Positions 36,482 to 45,634 of a stretch of 64,000 bases of DNA are shown piece by piece (positions within the stretch are counted from its first letter, which is position 1; each line of letters starts with the position of its first letter). The stretch comes from an uncultured Planctomycetota bacterium. Lineage in GTDB: Bacteria; Planctomycetota; Brocadiia; JAADGH01; CAYPFP01. The DNA is taken from the NCBI GenBank assembly GCA_964409935.1, contig CAYPFP010000010.1:376-64375 (forward strand). The letters are read 5' to 3'. The notes beneath the pieces were generated by a model. The model did not search any database. It had not been told where the DNA came from and saw only the letters and a program-made list of their open reading frames with translations. The position numbers and the translations under genes are program-made.

Positions 36482-37550
36482 GCAGTTCAATGCGCCCCTC
36501 GTCGAGCGCGAGTTCCCGACGCCGACACCCGCGCCGGGCGAGGCGCTTGTGAAAATCCTGGCCGCCGGCGTCTGCGGCTCGGACGTTCATATGTGGCAGG
36601 GGCAGGATCCCCGTACCCCGCGCCCCATCATCCTGGGGCACGAGGGTGTCGGCGAGGTCGTCGCCCTCGGCGGCGAACGGCAAAGCGTGGACGGCCGGCC
36701 CCTGTGCGTCGGCCGGAAGATCATCTGGAACCGCGGCGTCACCTGCGGGCGCTGCTACTTTTGCGTCGTCAAGGCCGTCCCGGAGTTGTGCCCCCGCCGT
36801 TGGGTCTACGGCATCCATCATCCGTGCGACAAACCGCCGCACCTCAACGGCTGTTACGCCGACCATATCCTCCTTGCCTCCGGCACCGACATCTTCCTTC
36901 TGCCCGAAGAACTGGCCGACCGCCCCGAGATCGCCGTCTCGGCCTCGTGTTCCGGGGCGACGGCGGCCCACGCCTTCGAGTTGGCGCCCGTCTCCCCCGG
37001 CGACAGCGTGCTCGTGCAAGGCCCCGGCCCGTTGGGTCTATATCTCGTCGCCTTTGCCGCGGCCGCCGGCGCCCGCCAGATCTTCGTGATCGGCGGAACC
37101 CCCGAACGCCTGGCGCTCTGCGGCAGATTCGGGGCAACGCATCTGCTCAACCGAAACGACGTCTCGCCTCAGCAGCGCAGGAATGCTATAATGGATGCGA
37201 CGTGCGGCAGAGGCGTGGACGTCGCCTTCGAAGCCGTCGGCACGGCCGATGCCGTCGCGGAGGGAATCGGCCTCATCCGCAACGGCGGCGCGTATGCCCT
37301 GACCGGCTTCGGACAGCCCGGCGGAAGTCTGAGCCTGGATCTCTATACGGACGTTGTCCGCAAGAACCTCCGGCTTCAGGGCGTGTGGGTGAGCAACGCG
37401 CGGCATACGCATGCCGCCCTGGCGCTGGCGGGCAGACTGCGGGAAAGATTCGCGGATCTCGTCACACACAAGTTCCCGCTCCGCGAGGCTTCCGCTGCCT
37501 TGGCGGCGGCCAGGAAGCGGGAAGGGATGAAGCTGGTTCTGACGCCTTGA
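36471..37550 (+). CDS. Medium-chain Zn-dependent alcohol dehydrogenase (MDR family)
   Basis: AAGVCGSDVHMWQG and GHEGVGEVV zinc-site motifs. The ATG at 36471 overlaps the dnaE end by 11 nt. Confidence 0.88.
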   Translation: MVLEQFNAPLVEREFPTPTPAPGEALVKILAAGVCGSDVHMWQGQDPRTPRPIILGHEGVGEVVALGGERQSVDGRPLCVGRKIIWNRGVTCGRCYFCVVKAVPELCPRRWVYGIHHPCDKPPHLNGCYADHILLASGTDIFLLPEELADRPEIAVSASCSGATAAHAFELAPVSPGDSVLVQGPGPLGLYLVAFAAAAGARQIFVIGGTPERLALCGRFGATHLLNRNDVSPQQRRNAIMDATCGRGVDVAFEAVGTADAVAEGIGLIRNGGAYALTGFGQPGGSLSLDLYTDVVRKNLRLQGVWVSNARHTHAALALAGRLRERFADLVTHKFPLREASAALAAARKREGMKLVLTP

Positions 37551-37605
37551 GGCCCGGAGCGCTCCTCAACGGCTGCAAGGCGGCGCTCAATTTTGAGGTA
37601 AGGAT

Positions 37606-38781
37606 ATGGCCGACGAACTTGCCTATGCGTTAATCACCCCCTACAGCCTTCTGAAGAGCCGCACTGGCGGCATCATCGGGCGGCTGCTCTCACTGGCCAA
37701 GCTTGATTTCATCGGGGCGCGCATGTACGCCCCCTCCAATAAGTTCGTGGACAAGTACCTGGCCACCATCGAGGGTCAGAAAGGCCCGCCGAAGATCAAG
37801 AAGGCCCTCATGGACTACGTGGACTCCTACTTCCGGCCCAAGAACCGGTTCAGCATCTCCAACCGCATGATGCTCCTGCTCTTCCGCGGCGAGGACGCTA
37901 TCCGTTCTCTGCGCGACGAGGTTATCGGCCCGATCTCGGAGCACATTCGCGGGGACACCGTGCGGGGGACCTACGGCGATTTCGTCACCCGCCCCGATGA
38001 GACGGTCGAATACTTCGAGCCGGCCGTCCTCACGGCGGTCAGTCCCGAATCCAACCGCGAACAGCTCCGCCTCTTCTCCGAACACGCCCGCACCGACGGC
38101 GGCATCGTGGACTACGCCGTCAAGGCGCCCCATCCGGCCAAGTTGGAGCGCACCCTGGTCATCCTCAAGCCCGATAACTTCAGGCGCCCCAGCAGCAGGC
38201 CCGGCAATATCATTGACCTGTTCTCGCGCGCCGGCCTCTTCATTGTGGGCGCCAAGGTGCTCCGCATGAGCTTCGCCCAGGCCGAGGAATTCTACGAACC
38301 CCTCCGCAAGGTCTTCATCGAAAAACTCCGCGAAAACGTCACGTCCATCCTCTACCGCTCCCTGGAGAAGTCTTTCGAGTTCAGAATCCCCTGGGATGCG
38401 TGCGAGCAGATGGGCGAGCAGGTCATTGCCATGTACGCCGAGTGCGAGTTCAACAAGATCGTCCGCTACATGTCCGGCGTCAGCGCGGGGGATGTCTCCC
38501 GGTTCCTGCTCATGCGCGACGTCCCCGGCCGCGAGAAGTGCCTTGCTCTGCTCTATTGCGGCGAGAACGCCGTCACCAAGATCCGCCAGCGCCTCGGCGG
38601 CACCGACCCCGAAAAGGCCGCCGACGGCACCGTGCGCAGCATCTACGGCTACGACCTCATGCGCAACGGCGCCCACGCCTCCGACTCCCCGGAAAACGCC
38701 AGGCGCGAGGGAAAGATCGTCAAGCTCTGGCGCGGGCACGACGACGCCGAGATCGTCCGGGAAATCCAGCCGTTCCTGTGA
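37606..38781 (+). CDS. Tandem nucleoside-diphosphate-kinase-like protein (degenerate N-terminal plus interrupted C-terminal NDK domain)
   Basis: The C-terminal half has ERTLVILKPDNF.., FIVGAKVL.. and RNGAHASDSPENA (the NDK N-x-x-H-x-SD active site). The N-terminal half is NDK-like (YALITPYS..GGIIGRLL..) but lacks the His motif. Confidence 0.75.
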   Translation: MADELAYALITPYSLLKSRTGGIIGRLLSLAKLDFIGARMYAPSNKFVDKYLATIEGQKGPPKIKKALMDYVDSYFRPKNRFSISNRMMLLLFRGEDAIRSLRDEVIGPISEHIRGDTVRGTYGDFVTRPDETVEYFEPAVLTAVSPESNREQLRLFSEHARTDGGIVDYAVKAPHPAKLERTLVILKPDNFRRPSSRPGNIIDLFSRAGLFIVGAKVLRMSFAQAEEFYEPLRKVFIEKLRENVTSILYRSLEKSFEFRIPWDACEQMGEQVIAMYAECEFNKIVRYMSGVSAGDVSRFLLMRDVPGREKCLALLYCGENAVTKIRQRLGGTDPEKAADGTVRSIYGYDLMRNGAHASDSPENARREGKIVKLWRGHDDAEIVREIQPFL

Positions 38782-38867
38782 GACCGGCCGAATGCCGGCG
38801 GACCTCTGCGGCTCTGCTTCGGCGAGTTCGTCGGCCATTCCTCCTTTTTTCAGCGCGAGACCAGGCG

Positions 38868-39509
38868 ATGGGCATCGAATTACTCGTTGTCGGCGACCTT
38901 CAGTCCAACTGCTATCTTGTCTCGGACGACGCTTCGCCCGACCTCATGATCATTGACCCCGGCGATGACGCCCATGACATCATCCGCACCATCGAGGCCG
39001 AGCGGCTCGTCCCCAGGCTTCTCGTCAACACCCACTGCCACATTGACCACATCGGGGGCAATCGCGAGTTGAAGGAGCGCTTTCCCGACCTCAAAATCGT
39101 CGCGCACTCGCAGGACGCCGCCGGCCTGGCCAAGCCGCTCAAGAACCTTTCGCTTCTTCAGGGCAGACTCTACAAGTCTCCGCCCGCCGACCTCGTCGTT
39201 GAGGAGGGGCAGGAGGTCTCCCTCGGCCGTCTCCGCTTTCGCGTGATTCACACCCCCGGCCACACCCCCGGCGGCATCTCGCTCTACTGCGCCGAGGGAC
39301 TCCCCGAAGCCCCCCTCGTCTTCACCGGCGACGCCCTCTTCGCCGGTGGCATCGGCCGGTCGGACTTCCCCGGCGGCGACGGCGATCTCCTGATCAAGAG
39401 CATTCGCGACAAGCTCCTCGTCCTCCCGCCCGGAACCCGCGTCTTCCCCGGCCACGGCCCCGATTCGACCATCGAGGACGAACAGAAGAGCAATCCGTTC
39501 CTGATATAG
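38868..39509 (+). CDS. MBL-fold metallo-hydrolase (glyoxalase II-like)
   Basis: NTHCHIDHIGG (HxHxDH), HTPGHTPG, TGDALF. The ATG at 38868 lies inside track ORF 38400..39509. Confidence 0.9.
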   Translation: MGIELLVVGDLQSNCYLVSDDASPDLMIIDPGDDAHDIIRTIEAERLVPRLLVNTHCHIDHIGGNRELKERFPDLKIVAHSQDAAGLAKPLKNLSLLQGRLYKSPPADLVVEEGQEVSLGRLRFRVIHTPGHTPGGISLYCAEGLPEAPLVFTGDALFAGGIGRSDFPGGDGDLLIKSIRDKLLVLPPGTRVFPGHGPDSTIEDEQKSNPFLI

Positions 39510-39574
39510 GCGACCCCTCTCTGTGTCTTGGGTGAGCGCATGATTGCGCGAATCTGTCTGCTTGCGTCCGTCGT

Positions 39575-39603
39575 TTGACTTTCTCCTGGGCTTGGCGTAT
39601 CAT
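39575..39603 (+). promoter_or_regulatory. Candidate promoter for the 1303-aa gene
   Basis: TTGACT - 17 nt - TATCAT, ending 66 nt upstream of the ATG at 39670. Confidence 0.4.
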
Positions 39604-39669
39604 CGGCCCCGATAGCATCTCCCACTTGGTACGCCGCCGGTCCGCGACCTCTTTGGAGGAAGAACCGAT

Positions 39670-42600
39670 ATGCCGCTTCGCTCTTCAGCGTTGGCCATGT
39701 TGTGCCTGATTGCGAGTCTCTTGCTTGGGGCGGTCCCCGGCCGCGCCGCCGAGGAGACCTTTTCCGCCGACCTCGTTCGGGAATTGGCCCTGCCCCCCGA
39801 CGCCAAACTCCAGCTCATTTCCGTCGCAACGAGCAAGGATGAAAAGTTCAGCGACGAGGCCGCCCGGAAAAACGCCCCGGACATCCTCGCCCTCGACGCC
39901 TGTCACGTCGGCGGACAGCGCTTTCTCCTGAAGGTTACGTTTGCCCGGCGTCCGGTCTTCACCAACGCCTCGTTCATCATCTATATTGACCTGGACGCCG
40001 ACAAGACCACCGGCCGACAGGATGCCCCTGAGCATCGCGGCGTGGACCTGATGCTATCCGCCAGGGATACCCTCCTGAGCACGGCTCTTCACAATCCCGC
40101 GTTTAATGACAAGGAAGTCTATACGGCGGGCGCGGCCCTGGACGGAAACGTCCTGTACGTTGCCCTGGATGCGCCCGTGCAGGGCAGGGACGGCAAGGTC
40201 CTGATGGGCTTGCACTTGCTTTCGCAGCGGAAGGACGGTCGAGGGGATTCGACGCCGCCCGCCGTCGTGCAACTGCCCTGGTTCCCTGAACGCCCGGCGC
40301 CGAAGACGGCGCGCAAGGGGGGTATTGACCTGCGCCCCCTCTCCGACTACCGCTATCACGACAACCTGGCGAAGTACGAGAAGCTCGAGGACAAAGGGCT
40401 GACCTTCGAGAAGGTCGCGCCCGCCGACCCCATCCAATTTGGCCGCCCTCGCCCGCGCGTGCCGTTCGCGGCCTCGCGCAAGCCGGGGCAGGCCGGGGCG
40501 GTCGCGCGCGAGCGCGTGCCGGTCCGGTTGCGGGAGGAGGCGGGTGTTGCGCGCGCGGCGGCGATCTCGTTCGGCTTTCCTTTCCCGCAAGGCGCTCTCT
40601 TCGACCTCCGCAACATCCGCGTGCTCTCGTCCGACGAAAAGGAGGTTCCCGCTCAGTTCACGGCCACGAGCTTCTGGCCCGACGACAGTCTGAAGTGGGT
40701 GCTGATTGACTTCACAGCGCCGCTCGCGGCGAAACAGGACGCCGATTACGCCGTCGAATTCGGGAATGATGTTCGGTCCTCCGCCGGGGATTCCTCGCGG
40801 AAAATCATCCTGGAGCCGGACCTGACCGCCGTCACCGGGCCGCTCAAGGTGGAGGGGGAGAGGATATGGTTCGACGCGGACAAGGACGGGCGGTTCGGTC
40901 CGGATGAATGCGTCGCGTCTTTGGTGGCCGGCGGCGTGCGGCTCGTGGACGAAAAGGGAAGGTCGTTCACGACGGCCGGAAGTCCAGGCGTCGTCGAGGA
41001 GAACGGTCCGCAGAAGGCGGTGCTTCGCGTCGAAGGCCCATACGCCAACGAGGGCGAGACCTACATGCGTCACGTGGCGCGCGCGATTTTCCGCGCCGGT
41101 TCGTCTCGCGTCACGGTCGTATACACTCACATCAACGATTACCTCAAGACGGAGTTCACGGACATCACGTCGCTCGTTGTGCCGATTGTCCCGGCGGCCG
41201 GCATCCGGAAAGCTTCCGTTTTTCTTCCCAGGGAGGACGGTTCGCTGGTCTCGCATGCGGGCCTTCCGCTCTCGCTTTTCCAGGCCGATGAACTGAGCGC
41301 CTCGCTTCGCGCCGGGGAGGCAGAGATCAAGGCCGGCCGCTCGCCCGGCCTCATCCGTTGCGAGACGCCGCGCGGTGTGGTTACGGCGGTTGTGCACGAG
41401 TTCTGGCAGCGATGGCCGAAGGCCCTTTCCGCCGACGCCGGCGAGCTGCGCATCGGGCTTCTGCCGAAACAGCCGGACGCGGAGTACGGCAAGGGCCTGC
41501 CGCATTACCTGCTCTATCCTTTTGTGAGCGGTTTCTACCGTTTCAAGTGGGGCATGTCTTTCACCACGCGCATGACGTTTGACTTCGACCCTGAGAGCCG
41601 CCCCGAGGAATTGCTGGCCGAGGCCGATTCGCCCGTCATCGCCGTCATTCCCCCGGACTGGTACGCGAAAACGAACGCCCTGGGTGCGATGGCCGCGCCG
41701 GTCGGGAAACAGTTCGCCGCCTGGGACGCTTTCGTCGCGAAATCTTACGACGCCTACCTCCGGAACAAGGAACGGCAGCGCGAGTTCGGCTTCTTCAACT
41801 ACGGCGACTGGTACGGCGAACGCGGGCGCAACTGGGGCAACAACGAGTACGATACCGCTCACGGTTTCTTCATGCAGTTTGCGCGCACGGGAGAGCGCGG
41901 CTATTTCCGTCTTGCCCTGGCCGCCGCCCGCCACCAGGCCGACGTGGATTGCGTCCATGCCTATCCGGACCCTCGTCTCGTCGGCGGCAACCATCCGCAC
42001 TCGATCGGTCACACCGGAATGTGGTCGGAGCGCCCCTCTCACGGCACGTGGTCTGCCAGGTACGACACCATGACCAGCGCCGCCAACGGCCATACCTGGG
42101 CCTGCGGCATGATAGACGCCTGGCACCTCGCCGGCGATCCGCGCATCATGGAGGCCGTGATCGGCCTGGGCGAACATATTGCGTGGGCGATGTCGCCCAA
42201 CTTCACCCAACTGGGCACGCACGAGCGTTCGGCCGGTTGGTCCTTGCAGGCCATCATGGCCATCTATCGCAGCACCTATGACCCCGTCTACCTCGACGCC
42301 GCCAAACGCATCGCGGCTGTCGCGCTCCGCGAGCAGAAATTCGACGAGGGCGGCGCCTGGCCTCATCTGTTGCCGCAGGATCATGCCGGCGGACACCCGG
42401 GCGCGCGCGGCAACAACCTCTTCCTCATCGGCATCCTGCTGGGTGGTCTGCAAGCGTACCACGAGCAGACGGCCGACCCCGCCGTGCAGAAGTCGCTCAT
42501 CGCCGGTGCGAACTGGGTCGTCAAATCCTGGAACGAAAACGCCGAGGGCTGGCCCTACTCCGCCTCGACGGCGGGCGAACCCTTCTACAAGCCCGGCACG

Positions 42601-43581
42601 GGCCTCAACCCGTTGATTATCCAGCCGATTGCCTACGTCGGCCACCTGACCGGAGACGAACGGTTCGTTACTATCGCCGAGACCGCCTTCGCCGCGGCGG
42701 TGCGGAGCGGCTACAGCGCCGACGGCAAGTCCGTGGCGCAGAAAATGCACTTCACCTCCGGCGCGATGGCCCTGCTGCAGAAATGGTACGAGACACGTCG
42801 TCCGGACAAGGGCGTGACCGTCCTCGACGGTAAGGGCGCAGGCATGGCGGAGTACCTCGCCAAGACCCCCGACGCGGAGGAGCATTCCGTGCGCGCGCCG
42901 GATGAAAAAGTCTTCTATGTCCGGCTGAACGGCCCGGTGGCCGTGCTTCAGGCGGACCGCCGTCCCCACGGCGCCATGACCAAACGCGCCGAGTCCGGCA
43001 CGGTGCGCGTGCTCGATGCCTCCGGCGCCGTCGTTCAGCAGGGCGCGTTCGACACGGACACTAAGCACAGATTCTCGTGTTCGCTCAAGGGCGCGGCGGG
43101 ATCGGTCTTCAAGGTCGTCATCCAGGACGACCAGCGCGGCGTGTGGAGCCTCGCCGGCGAAGGCCTCGGCATCGTGGCGCAGGCGCCCCCGGATTTCCGC
43201 ATCGGTGCGGTCGGCCGCGGACGATTCCACTTCTTTGTGCCGGCCGGCACGAAGGAGTTCCGTGTGAAGCTTCTGGGCGTGCACTCCGGTTTCTACGCGG
43301 GCGTGGTCCTCTCGCCCTCGAACAAGATCATGGGCTTCCATCAGGGCCTCAATGCGGGGCAGGCCCTCATTCCCGGCGCCCCGAAGGCGCAGACACCGCT
43401 GCCGCCCGACCACTCCGAGACGGGCAACATCATCGTCAAGCCTTCCGCCGAGGACACCGGCAAGATGTGGAGCCTCGTGCTCGCCGCCGCAGGCGATATC
43501 GGCTGCGACCTTACCGGCGTTCCGCCTTTCCTGTCCCTGAGCGCCGCCGCTTGGTTCGACCCCCGCGACAGCCGCCGCTGA
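39670..43581 (+). CDS. Very large secreted protein, polysaccharide lyase/hydrolase-like (alpha/alpha-toroid-like central region, tentative)
   Basis: Signal peptide MPLRSSALAMLCLIASLLLGAVPGRAAE and GGAGGA RBS. Composition is balanced compared with the antisense ORF 40054..43677. YGDWYGERGRNWGNNEYDTAHGFF resembles lyase-type toroid proteins. The function call has low confidence. Confidence 0.8.
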   Translation: MPLRSSALAMLCLIASLLLGAVPGRAAEETFSADLVRELALPPDAKLQLISVATSKDEKFSDEAARKNAPDILALDACHVGGQRFLLKVTFARRPVFTNASFIIYIDLDADKTTGRQDAPEHRGVDLMLSARDTLLSTALHNPAFNDKEVYTAGAALDGNVLYVALDAPVQGRDGKVLMGLHLLSQRKDGRGDSTPPAVVQLPWFPERPAPKTARKGGIDLRPLSDYRYHDNLAKYEKLEDKGLTFEKVAPADPIQFGRPRPRVPFAASRKPGQAGAVARERVPVRLREEAGVARAAAISFGFPFPQGALFDLRNIRVLSSDEKEVPAQFTATSFWPDDSLKWVLIDFTAPLAAKQDADYAVEFGNDVRSSAGDSSRKIILEPDLTAVTGPLKVEGERIWFDADKDGRFGPDECVASLVAGGVRLVDEKGRSFTTAGSPGVVEENGPQKAVLRVEGPYANEGETYMRHVARAIFRAGSSRVTVVYTHINDYLKTEFTDITSLVVPIVPAAGIRKASVFLPREDGSLVSHAGLPLSLFQADELSASLRAGEAEIKAGRSPGLIRCETPRGVVTAVVHEFWQRWPKALSADAGELRIGLLPKQPDAEYGKGLPHYLLYPFVSGFYRFKWGMSFTTRMTFDFDPESRPEELLAEADSPVIAVIPPDWYAKTNALGAMAAPVGKQFAAWDAFVAKSYDAYLRNKERQREFGFFNYGDWYGERGRNWGNNEYDTAHGFFMQFARTGERGYFRLALAAARHQADVDCVHAYPDPRLVGGNHPHSIGHTGMWSERPSHGTWSARYDTMTSAANGHTWACGMIDAWHLAGDPRIMEAVIGLGEHIAWAMSPNFTQLGTHERSAGWSLQAIMAIYRSTYDPVYLDAAKRIAAVALREQKFDEGGAWPHLLPQDHAGGHPGARGNNLFLIGILLGGLQAYHEQTADPAVQKSLIAGANWVVKSWNENAEGWPYSASTAGEPFYKPGTGLNPLIIQPIAYVGHLTGDERFVTIAETAFAAAVRSGYSADGKSVAQKMHFTSGAMALLQKWYETRRPDKGVTVLDGKGAGMAEYLAKTPDAEEHSVRAPDEKVFYVRLNGPVAVLQADRRPHGAMTKRAESGTVRVLDASGAVVQQGAFDTDTKHRFSCSLKGAAGSVFKVVIQDDQRGVWSLAGEGLGIVAQAPPDFRIGAVGRGRFHFFVPAGTKEFRVKLLGVHSGFYAGVVLSPSNKIMGFHQGLNAGQALIPGAPKAQTPLPPDHSETGNIIVKPSAEDTGKMWSLVLAAAGDIGCDLTGVPPFLSLSAAAWFDPRDSRR

Positions 43582-43664
43582 AAGGACAGACACTGACGCC
43601 CCGCGAGCCTGGGCCTCTCCGCCGGGTGCGCTTCCGGCGGGAACACTGTCGCCGTCGCCTTCCT

Positions 43665-43750
43665 GCACATGTGACACATGCCCGTCATACCGTCAAAGAG
43701 CCTGTCAGGGGTGTCATGTTGCCGACATGTGTCATTATTTCGACATGTTC
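43665..43750. promoter_or_regulatory. Cluster of ACATGT / TGTCAT motifs (possible operator or iteron array)
   Basis: gCACATGTGACACATGc (43665-43681), gTGTCATGTtgccGACATGTGTCAT (43711-43735), cGACATGTtc (43741-43750). A further cCACATGTCACt lies at 44549-44560, directly after a -10 box. Confidence 0.3.
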
Positions 43751-43935
43751 TGGGCCGTCCGCTCGCCCACAGCCTGCCGCTATCCTCACACCAGCATAGC
43801 CGTAACAACCTACCGTAGCGCTAGTTATGACTAATTTCATGTCGGTCTGAACTACCGGCAGTTCTTGGCACGATTATTGCCGTTAATAAGGATAGTCAGG
43901 GAGACGGTCTGTATCCTTACTTGGAGGCGTTCGCT

Positions 43936-44424
43936 ATGATCCAACAGGCAAATCTCGGTTCGGCGCGGTCTTTGGAGGAGGTTTGGTCCGAGGCCGAGCG
44001 CATCCGCCGCGACCCCCAGGGGTGGTGGGCGCAGGAGTTCTCCCGCTTCGAGATGGTCTCCCATCATGTCCAGTTTACCCACAAGCCCATACCGGCCAAT
44101 AAGTGGTTTATTGACTGGGGTATGCCCAGACGAAGCTATGGCGGCTATTCCCTCGTTGACGATATGCGTTTCGGCAAGACTTCCCGCTCCAAGCTCTCCT
44201 CGGCGCTCTGTCCGAAGTGCAGGAACCCGATCTTCAGCGTCTTGATCAAAGGACGCAACGACGTCGGCTATCCGATGCACACCCGCCGCCAGTGCATCCT
44301 CTGCGGTTATTTTGAGGATGTGACGGTCCGTCGCGACGGCGAGTTGGAGGGGGCCATTTGCTTCAACGGGCGGCGTTACGAGCGTCGCTTCGGCATGAAG
44401 GAATGGCTGCCGAAAGAGGCGTGA
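43936..44424 (+). CDS. Hypothetical protein with CxxC...CxxC zinc-ribbon (orphan)
   Basis: ATG 43936 with TGGAGG 8 nt upstream; the track start 43921 is a TTG. Motifs CPKCRN and CILCGY. G+C is lower than in the flanks. No family was recognised. Confidence 0.6.
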   Translation: MIQQANLGSARSLEEVWSEAERIRRDPQGWWAQEFSRFEMVSHHVQFTHKPIPANKWFIDWGMPRRSYGGYSLVDDMRFGKTSRSKLSSALCPKCRNPIFSVLIKGRNDVGYPMHTRRQCILCGYFEDVTVRRDGELEGAICFNGRRYERRFGMKEWLPKEA

Positions 44425-44443
44425 GACCCCTTGGTATCCGTTT

Positions 44444-44481
44444 GCGCGGGGGCGGGTCGCAGGCCCGCCCCTGCGTCGTTT
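44444..44481 (+). terminator. Candidate intrinsic terminator
   Basis: GGGGCGGG-tcgcagg-CCCGCCCC stem-loop 25 nt after the stop, followed by a weak T tract (gtcgttt). Confidence 0.4.
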
Positions 44482-44519
44482 AAGGCCGTCGCGCCTCCAG
44501 ACGCCGCCCGCCTTTTCGC

Positions 44520-44548
44520 TTTACTCGCAGGAAACCCGCGACTATAAT
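44520..44548 (+). promoter_or_regulatory. Candidate sigma70-type promoter for the dehydrogenase/DUF4838 operon
   Basis: TTTACT - 17 nt - TATAAT, ending 42 nt upstream of the TTG start at 44591. Confidence 0.45.
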
Positions 44549-44590
44549 CCACATGTCACTCGGCAAAGATTCCCCCTTAAGGAGGCGCCG

Positions 44591-45634
44591 TTGAAAGCAG
44601 CGGTATTCCACCGGCCGGAACGGATGTTGTTGGAAGACGCGCCGGACCCGAAGCTTGAGCGCGACAACATGATCGCGCGCGTGGAGTGTTGCGCTATCTG
44701 CGGATCGGACGTCAAGATTTTCCACGCCGGCCACCAGCGCATCAAGCCCCCGCAGATCATCGGGCACGAGTTCGCGGCGACCGTGATCGAGGTCGGCCCG
44801 GAGGTGAAGGGCTTTTCGCCCGGCGACCGCATCACCATGGCCACGAGCATCTCGTGCATGGACTGCGAATGGTGCCGGAGCGGCGACACGAACCTGTGCG
44901 ACTGCCTTACGCCCATCAGCTCGGCCTACCCCGGCGCCTACGCCGAGAAGATGGCCATTCCCGGCAAGGGCATCAAGGGCGGCTTTACGTTCAAGATACC
45001 CGATAACGTTCCCGATGAAGCCGCCGCGCTGGCGGAGCCGTTGAGCTGCGTCCTCAACGCCCAGCTTGTCAGCGGCGTGCGTCTGGGGCATACCGTGGTC
45101 GTGGTCGGAGCGGGGCCGCTGGGATGCCTTAATGTCGAGGCCGCCCGCGCCCTGGGAGCGACGCGCGTCTTCGTCACCCAGCGCTCCAAGGCCCGGCAGA
45201 GCCTTGCCCGCCGCCTCAATGTGGACGCGGTGATTGACGCCTCCGCCAACAACGTGGCCGAGGAGGTGAAGCGCCTGACCAACGGCCGCATGGCCGACGT
45301 CGTCATGGTGGCCGCGCCCACCGCCCAGGCCCAGGAGGATGCGCTGTTGCTGGCGCGCAAGAACGGCGTCGTCAACCTCTTCGCGTCGCTGCCCAAGGAG
45401 TCGCCTTTCCTGCGCCTCAACAGCCGCATCATCCACTACAGCCAGGTCTCGGTGATGGGCGCGGCGGAGTCGGCGCCCAAGCATGTCGCATGGGCCTTGA
45501 GTCTTATCGCCGCCGGGCGCATCAACTACAAGGCCATTATCACCCACCGCTTCCCCTTGTCGCGCATCATGGACGGCTTCAAGGTGATGGAGGAGAGAAC
45601 GGGCCTCAAGGTGCTTATCGAACCGGGGAAATGA
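44591..45634 (+). CDS. Medium-chain Zn-dependent dehydrogenase (threonine/sorbitol dehydrogenase-like)
   Basis: TTG start with AAGGAGG 6 nt upstream. CAICGSDVKIFHAG, GHEFAATVIEVG, and the structural-zinc Cys cluster CMDCEWCRSGDTNLC. Confidence 0.88.
   Translation: MKAAVFHRPERMLLEDAPDPKLERDNMIARVECCAICGSDVKIFHAGHQRIKPPQIIGHEFAATVIEVGPEVKGFSPGDRITMATSISCMDCEWCRSGDTNLCDCLTPISSAYPGAYAEKMAIPGKGIKGGFTFKIPDNVPDEAAALAEPLSCVLNAQLVSGVRLGHTVVVVGAGPLGCLNVEAARALGATRVFVTQRSKARQSLARRLNVDAVIDASANNVAEEVKRLTNGRMADVVMVAAPTAQAQEDALLLARKNGVVNLFASLPKESPFLRLNSRIIHYSQVSVMGAAESAPKHVAWALSLIAAGRINYKAIITHRFPLSRIMDGFKVMEERTGLKVLIEPGK

Noticed and set aside
32888-36490. 1200-aa minus-strand ORF
   Set aside because: A perfect antisense shadow of dnaE.
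40054-43677. 1207-aa minus-strand ORF
   Set aside because: Antisense to the 1303-aa secreted protein gene, with R/G/A/P-rich composition. The plus frame has a signal peptide, an RBS and an upstream promoter-like element.
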